From positions 320,001 through 384,000 of the forward strand of contig OZ243927.1 of assembly GCA_965213925.1 (NCBI GenBank): a stretch of 64,000 nt of DNA, written 5' to 3'. Position numbers and translations under genes: made by a program. The stretch comes from Trueperaceae bacterium. Lineage in GTDB: Bacteria > Deinococcota > Deinococci > Deinococcales > Trueperaceae. Below are positions 58,503 through 64,000 of the stretch, in pieces (position 1 is the stretch's first letter; every line of letters begins with the position of its first letter). Under the pieces are notes generated by a model. It was not told where the DNA came from and did not search any database. It saw only the letters and a program-made list of their open reading frames with translations.

Positions 58503-59732
58503 TTACAGCGGCAGTCCGCTTCTACCTAACGCCCGCTCCATCTCGTACTCATCCTTGGGCCAATAAAGCTGCTTGAGGAGCGCAAACTCGTCGAACGCCG
58601 TCCACTCCTTGATGAACTTACCGTCTTTAATCACCTGATGCGTAATGCCCATGAGCGTGACGCGCTGACCCGTCGGCTCGCCGTACATGCCGGGTCCGTC
58701 GTGTGTGCCTTGCAGCGTCCAGCGGGTGGCGACGCGGTAGCCCTCCTCGTCGTTGCCGAGCCAGCAGACGTGGTCGACGCGCATGGCGGCGTCGGGGAAG
58801 GCGGCTAGGAGCGCCAAGATATTCGCCTTGAAGTCGCCTAAGCCGTAGAGCGTGCGGTTGGTGGAGGTGTGGCAGAGATAGTTTCTCGAGTAGTATAGCC
58901 CCACCCGACCCAAAAGCCGCCAGTTCCAAATCTCGTGGATGCTGCGCTCGACAAAGTCCTCGACGTCGAAGCCGTCGCCCTGCTTGGGCTCCATCCATTC
59001 GGGCGGACTTTGTCCCCACAGCCGTTCGACTTCGCCGTGCGCACGCGACTCCGGTCCTTTGATGCCTCTCGCGGCGTCTTGCGCGGCGTTCTTGCGGGCA
59101 AGCTCGAATTCGTTGAAGCCGAGCTGCCGTACGAGTGCGAGTTCGTCGCGTGAAATCCACTCTTCGATGATGCGGTTCTCTTTGACGAAGCAGTGCGCGA
59201 TGCCGCGCCGCACGACCTTGCGTCCGGTGGGCGGACCGTAGATGCTGTAGCCCGTGTTGTGCCCGACCCAGACGATGCGGTGCGAGGAGTGAAAGCCTTC
59301 CTCGTCGTTGCCTGACCAGATGACGTCGTCGGCGTAGAGGCGCACGTCGGGAAATGCCGCCATCGTCTTTATAGAGTCGGCGATGACCTTGTCGCGTCCG
59401 TAGGTCATGCCGTCTGAGGTGTGAATCAGGACGTTGTGGCGGTAGTGCGTGTAGATGAGCCCAATGCCCTTCTCTTCCCATATCTTATGGGTGCTACGAA
59501 CAATATAATCCACGATGTCAGTATAGTCTTCGTCAAAGCCTCTAAGAGGGTGCGCCTTACCCTTTTGTGAGCCCGCCATGAATTTGCTGATGTCCGCGCT
59601 GCTTATATCGGTTACGGGCTGGACGGACCGCGCGTCGAAAGAAGAGTGCCCATGTTGATGATGCCCATGCTGATGATGCTTATGTTGGTGATGGGGGTCA
59701 GGTTGTTTCTGGGTGTCTTCGTCGGCTTTCAT
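58503..59732 (-). CDS. SnoaL-like ester cyclase-family protein (two NTF2-like domains), His-rich N-terminus
   Basis: DIVDYI...H.IWEE, AFPD.RL.ADD, YGPPTG, HEIWN.R, RWT..GTH.G..YG.PTG. Confidence 0.85.
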   Translation of the reverse strand: MKADEDTQKQPDPHHQHKHHQHGHHQHGHSSFDARSVQPVTDISSADISKFMAGSQKGKAHPLRGFDEDYTDIVDYIVRSTHKIWEEKGIGLIYTHYRHNVLIHTSDGMTYGRDKVIADSIKTMAAFPDVRLYADDVIWSGNDEEGFHSSHRIVWVGHNTGYSIYGPPTGRKVVRRGIAHCFVKENRIIEEWISRDELALVRQLGFNEFELARKNAAQDAARGIKGPESRAHGEVERLWGQSPPEWMEPKQGDGFDVEDFVERSIHEIWNWRLLGRVGLYYSRNYLCHTSTNRTLYGLGDFKANILALLAAFPDAAMRVDHVCWLGNDEEGYRVATRWTLQGTHDGPGMYGEPTGQRVTLMGITHQVIKDGKFIKEWTAFDEFALLKQLYWPKDEYEMERALGRSGLPL

Positions 59733-60216
59733 GAAATACCACTCCTTGAATATTTATACTTCGGTATTAATCTAGTAGCTTACACTCGGTTTTCTACGTA
59801 CATTTGTCAGATGCTACGTTGATATTTATTTTTTGTGGAATGTACCGCAAAAGCGAAAGTTGGATTTTCGCCGGTTGTGCGTGATGACTTAGGGAAGAAG
59901 TTGCGCAAATAAACTCCACATCGGTTTGTGTCCTTACTGCATTTTAGACTCACACTGTGAGATGAGCGGAAACTCGAGCCCTCGCATCCCTTACAAACCT
60001 AGTTCATCTTACGTCACATTTGCAGCGTTGTCTATGAGAATAGTGCTTTAGGTTACTGCAAAGGTAAGTGTAATGATTCACTTGAACCATATGCACTCGT
60101 TTTTTGGGGTTGTAATACTCAGCTCCGGCGTGACTGAGGGGCAGGCTCGAGTCCTCTCCCCTACACCCTTCTGCATTTATTCAAGAAATCAACCTCTCGG
60201 CGGTCTCCACAACGCG

Positions 60217-61410
60217 CTACGCAGCCGTTTCGCTCGGCGCTTCGTCCCGGAAGAGCTGCTGCATCACCTCGAACTCGTTAAAGAGCATCCACTCCTGCGT
60301 AATCACGCCCTCTTGAATCACGTGCTGCGTGACGCCCCAAAGGTGCACGCGCCGCCCCGTCGGTTTGCCGTAGACGCCGTAGCCCCTGTGCGTGCCGACA
60401 ACGCTCCATCTTAAAGAGGTCAGGTAGCCCTCGTCGTCGTTGCCCATCCAATAGAGGTCGTCAATTTTGAAGGAGAGGTCGGGGAACATGGCGAGGAGCG
60501 AGAGAACAAAGTTTTGGTACGCGCCGCGCCCGTAAAGCTTGCGGTCCGTCGGCCCGAAAAAGCGCATGGTAGGAGAATAAACCTCTTTGATGAAGTCGAG
60601 TTTGCGCCAGTTCCAGACCGTGTGGTAGGCGTAGCGGAGAAAGCTGTCCACGTCGAAGGTGCCAGAAGGGGTCTCGAGCTTAGGCGGTTTTCCCTGTCCT
60701 AACAGCCGTTCCGGTTCGCCAAACGCCAAATCGTTCAGACCATTGCGCACATCCTCTTGCATCTCGTTGCCAAAGCGCCGCGCCTGCTCGCGCAAGTCTA
60801 GCCCGAGTTGAGTCACGAGGCTCGAGTTGTTGTAGATCACCCACTCCTCGACGATTTCGTTCTCTTTCACGGCACAGTCCGCGATGCACCAGACCGCCAC
60901 CTTGCGTCCCGTCGGCGGACCGTAAACGCTGTAGCCCGTGTTGTGACCCATGATGAGGCAGCGGTGCGAGGTGCGAAAGCCCGTCTCGTCGTCGCCTGCC
61001 CACACGATTTCATCGGCGAAGAGGCGCACGTCGGGGAAGGCGCCCAAGGTGTGGAGCGTGTCCGCCACGATTTTGTCGCGCCCATACTGCAAGCCGTAGT
61101 CGTCCGTGACTTTCGAGTTGTGAGCGTAGGTATCGTAGATGTAGCCGACGCTCTTCTCCTCCCAGATTTTATGCGTGATGCGGACGATGTAGTCCACGAT
61201 GTCGATATACGTATCCTCGAAGCCGCGCATACTCTGTTGGCGCTCGCCTTTGGGGTAGAGGAGGTTGTCGGTGCCGCCCTTTGCCGCAAGTGAGATGGAG
61301 AAGTCGCTGGGCATCTTGGAGGGCGAGAGGGTCTTTTCGTCCTTCGATACTAAAGTCGAAGAACGGTTCTTCGACTTTTTCTGCGTGTTCTGGTCGCCTT
61401 GGTCACTCAT
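60217..61410 (-). CDS. Second SnoaL-like ester cyclase-family protein (paralogue)
   Basis: Same blocks: DIVDYIVRITHKIWEE, AFPDVRL, YGPPTG, RWSVVGTH.G.G.YGKPTG; GAGAGG RBS before ATG 61410. Confidence 0.85.
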   Translation of the reverse strand: MSDQGDQNTQKKSKNRSSTLVSKDEKTLSPSKMPSDFSISLAAKGGTDNLLYPKGERQQSMRGFEDTYIDIVDYIVRITHKIWEEKSVGYIYDTYAHNSKVTDDYGLQYGRDKIVADTLHTLGAFPDVRLFADEIVWAGDDETGFRTSHRCLIMGHNTGYSVYGPPTGRKVAVWCIADCAVKENEIVEEWVIYNNSSLVTQLGLDLREQARRFGNEMQEDVRNGLNDLAFGEPERLLGQGKPPKLETPSGTFDVDSFLRYAYHTVWNWRKLDFIKEVYSPTMRFFGPTDRKLYGRGAYQNFVLSLLAMFPDLSFKIDDLYWMGNDDEGYLTSLRWSVVGTHRGYGVYGKPTGRRVHLWGVTQHVIQEGVITQEWMLFNEFEVMQQLFRDEAPSETAA

Positions 61411-61460
61411 GAGGGTCCTCTCTCGGCTCGAGGGCTGGATGTTGACCGCGTTCAAACATC

Positions 61461-61504
61461 GGTGGTGGAGGCTCCACCACTGAACAAGGGGTTGCAACCC
61501 CTTG
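61461..61504. repeat. Adjacent palindromes (REP-like)
   Basis: gtggtggag-g-ctccaccac and caaggggttgcaaccccttg. Confidence 0.5.
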
Positions 61505-62269
61505 CTACTTGAGCGGTCGTCCGCCGTCTACATGGATGATGTTGCCTGTTGTGAAAGGTAAGAGGGTGGCGAGTGCGAGCACGGCGTTCGCCACATCCTC
61601 CGCTTCGGCGAGGCGGTGAAGCGGGGTGTTGTCGATCTGCGCTTGCCGCCATTCGGGGTCGAGCTTCTGCGCGTAGTCGCCCTCGACGAGTCCGGGCGCT
61701 ACCGATACGACGCGGATTTTCGGGGCTAGAGCCCGCGCCAACGAGCGCGTCATCGAATCTAAGGCTGCTTTCGACGCGCAGTAGGCGACGTTGCTCCCTT
61801 CGCCCGTCGTCCCCGCAATCGAGGAGATGTTGACGACTAAGCCGCCGTCCCCGTTCATCAGCAAGTCCTTAAACGCGCGCACACACGCGAACGCGCCGCG
61901 CCAATTGACGCGGAACACTTGGTCGATGAGGTCGTCGTCTAAACCGTCTAAGTCGTCGTGGGCGACGTAGCGGGTCGTGCCTGCGTTGTTGACCAAGAGG
62001 TCGAGTCTGCCGTAGCGAGTTTTGACCTCTTCGGCTAAGGCGTTCGCGCTCGAGCTGTCCCCCACGTCAAGAGGTAAGACGGAGTGATTCTCCCCCGGCA
62101 ACTTCTCAGCCAACGCTTCCGCCTCATCTCGAGAACTCCTGTAGGTCAAAACAACATTGCAACCCGCCTCTGCAAGCCGCTCCGTGATGGACGAGCCGAT
62201 GCCGCCCGCCGCGCCCGTGACGACGGCGACTCTTCCTTGTAAAGAGGTTGTGTTCATGTCGCCACTCAA
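61505..62269 (-). CDS. SDR family oxidoreductase
   Basis: TGAAGGIG, NNAG, ISS, YCASK. Confidence 0.92.
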   Translation of the reverse strand: MSGDMNTTSLQGRVAVVTGAAGGIGSSITERLAEAGCNVVLTYRSSRDEAEALAEKLPGENHSVLPLDVGDSSSANALAEEVKTRYGRLDLLVNNAGTTRYVAHDDLDGLDDDLIDQVFRVNWRGAFACVRAFKDLLMNGDGGLVVNISSIAGTTGEGSNVAYCASKAALDSMTRSLARALAPKIRVVSVAPGLVEGDYAQKLDPEWRQAQIDNTPLHRLAEAEDVANAVLALATLLPFTTGNIIHVDGGRPLK

Positions 62270-62300
62270 TATCTCGCTCCGTCTCTTTTTCGCTCCAAGG

Positions 62301-63311
62301 TCACTGCGCCACCTCGAGCACTTCAGCAGGTTTGACGGGTCTCGAGGATGACCGCTCGATGAGTTGACCTCTTAATAGTTGCGTTTTAGGTGTAGGTTTC
62401 TCTAATAACGATAGCGTCGCCTCGATCATCGCCCCCACGGGCTGCCGAACCGTCGTGAGCGAATAGGCAGGACGACGCGCCTCGGCGATGTCGTCAAAGC
62501 CGATGACGGCAGCCTCTTCAGGTACGCGCACCTCTTTCGAACGTAAAGCGTCGAGCACACCTAACGCAATAATGTCGTTCGCGCAGAAGATGGCGTCGGG
62601 TATTTCCGAGAGTTGCTCGAGCGCCGCATAACCCCAATCGTAGCTGTACGTTCCCTCCACCCATACGCAAGGCGCACCTACCTCTTGCAGTTTCCTCAAA
62701 AAGCCGCGCCGCCTGTCCCGGTTCGTTGAGGTGTTGGGCGTACCGCCGATAAAAGCGAAGCGTCCGTGTCCTGCCGCCAAAAAGGTCTCCGCAACGAGCC
62801 GCCCACCCGCAACGTTGTCACATGAAACTGAGGGAAGCGGCGCATCTTCCAGCGTGCGGTTGAATAAGAAGATAGGGACTTGGCTCTTCTCTAAGGCTTG
62901 GGTAACGTGTGACGTCAACGTCACCGAAGTAACGATCACCGCCTCCACGCGGTACTGGAGGGCTTGCATAAGGGCGTCACCAACCTCTTCTTCGTTTTTG
63001 GTCGAAAAGAGAAGCACCTGCCGCCCCTGCTTCTGCAACGCTTCGGAAAAACGCATCAAGACGCTCGGGTAGAAGGGATTCTCGAGGTTGCCCACGATGA
63101 TGCCGACGATATTGGCTTTTTGCATGACGAGGCTGCGGGCGTAGACGTTGGGCTGGTAGCCTAAGCGTTTGGCAACCTCTAAGACGTGTGTTCTCGTTCG
63201 CGCCGCGACTTTGCCGTTGGGATCAAAGGCGCGTGAGACGACGGATTGGGAAACGCCTGCGGCGCGGGCGACGTCGGTTGAGGTGATGCGTTTGGAGAAA
63301 TGCCTTTTCAT
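62301..63311 (-). CDS. LacI family transcriptional regulator
   Basis: TSTDVARAAGVSQSVVSRAF HTH, YQPN..ARSL, CANDIIA.G, IGFDD, LTTVRQP. Confidence 0.95.
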   Translation of the reverse strand: MKRHFSKRITSTDVARAAGVSQSVVSRAFDPNGKVAARTRTHVLEVAKRLGYQPNVYARSLVMQKANIVGIIVGNLENPFYPSVLMRFSEALQKQGRQVLLFSTKNEEEVGDALMQALQYRVEAVIVTSVTLTSHVTQALEKSQVPIFLFNRTLEDAPLPSVSCDNVAGGRLVAETFLAAGHGRFAFIGGTPNTSTNRDRRRGFLRKLQEVGAPCVWVEGTYSYDWGYAALEQLSEIPDAIFCANDIIALGVLDALRSKEVRVPEEAAVIGFDDIAEARRPAYSLTTVRQPVGAMIEATLSLLEKPTPKTQLLRGQLIERSSSRPVKPAEVLEVAQ

Positions 63312-63439
63312 GATTATGAGAGAAAAGGACTGAGTGCTGTTACGAAGTTTTCGCAGAGCGGAGGGACTGAGTAAAAATCTCTTTCCTCTCAGTCCTCAGC
63401 TTCGCTGGAGGCAAGCCGATCAGTCCTTTTCTCTTTTCT

Positions 63440-64000
63440 CTACGCTTTCTCGAGCGCCTTCCCGTACCGCTCCACGCGCAACTCCGCTTGCTTCTTATGC
63501 CCCTCGAACCCTTCGATTTCGCAGATTTTCGCGCAGTTTTGCCCGATTTCCACGCTCGCTTCGGGCGTGCACTTCTGGTAGGTCACTGTCTTGAGGTACT
63601 TGCCGACCCAGAGCCCGCCCGTATAGCGTGCCGCCTTGCCCGTCGGGAGGATGTGGTTCGTGCCGATGGTCTTGTCGCCGTACGCCACGTTCGTCTCCGG
63701 TCCCAAGAAGAGCGAGCCGTAGTTGGTCATGTGCTCCAAGAAGTAGTCGGGGTCGCGGGTCAAAATCTCGACGTGCTCCGAAGCGAGGATGTCGGCTTGC
63801 TCGACGAGTTCTTCGTCCGAGTCAACGAGGATAATTTGCCCGTAATCCTGCCAGGCTTGTCCGGCGACGTCGGCGGTGGGGAGGGTCTCTAATTGCTTGT
63901 CGATCTCCGCCTGGATGCTGTTCGCCAGCTCCTCGCTGCTCGTCAGGAGGACGGCGGGCGAGTTTGTGCCGTGCTCGGCTTGCCCTAAGAGGTCTGTCGC
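63440..64000 (-). CDS. Histidinol dehydrogenase-family paralogue (HpsN-like), 5'-partial
   Basis: [42 protein letters not shown]. Confidence 0.85.
   Translation of the reverse strand, partial: ATDLLGQAEHGTNSPAVLLTSSEELANSIQAEIDKQLETLPTADVAGQAWQDYGQIILVDSDEELVEQADILASEHVEILTRDPDYFLEHMTNYGSLFLGPETNVAYGDKTIGTNHILPTGKAARYTGGLWVGKYLKTVTYQKCTPEASVEIGQNCAKICEIEGFEGHKKQAELRVERYGKALEKA

Noticed and set aside
58627..59481. 284-aa alternative-frame ORF and many similar shadow ORFs (e.g. 25150-25770, 27839-28435, 49223-49777)
   Set aside because: Arg/Ala-rich off-frame or antisense products of high-GC coding regions, overlapping well-supported genes
1..64000. CRISPR array, tRNA or rRNA genes
   Set aside because: No regularly spaced direct repeats with unique spacers, and no cloverleaf or rRNA signature seen; the repeats are dispersed or palindromic

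Overview
A 64-kb chromosomal segment from a high-GC Deinococcota bacterium, probably Trueperaceae-like. The assignment rests on Nqo15, a DdrI-type CRP, an Arg-type EF-P and many leaderless genes. The housekeeping backbone is efp-accB-accC-asp23-nusB-folD-DUF212, rseP, gatC, smc, mnmD, nqo15, uvrD/pcrA and minDE. Accessory blocks sit within it: (1) an ~11-kb copper-handling locus (YtkA-like lipoprotein, a His-rich leader peptide ending in a RAPP arrest motif, copC, copD, mbnP, a frameshifted mbnH, an M48-like membrane protein, a membrane polyferredoxin, a second copD, a VanY-like peptidase, an N-terminal-His exported protein, DUF554); (2) an intact IS1 with an 8-bp target duplication; (3) an AT-rich type II R-M-like cassette (M.PvuII-like methylase, HTH protein, putative endonuclease); (4) an orphan AT-rich nuclease-like gene; (5) a putative catabolic cluster at the right end (HisD/HpsN paralogue, LacI, SDR, two SnoaL-like paralogues, sarcosine oxidase-like enzyme). 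Intergenic DNA holds several MITE/REP-like and heptamer repeat families, and CTCGAG is strongly over-represented by hand count. No rRNA, tRNA or CRISPR array was seen. All calls come from reading motifs by eye, not from database searches.
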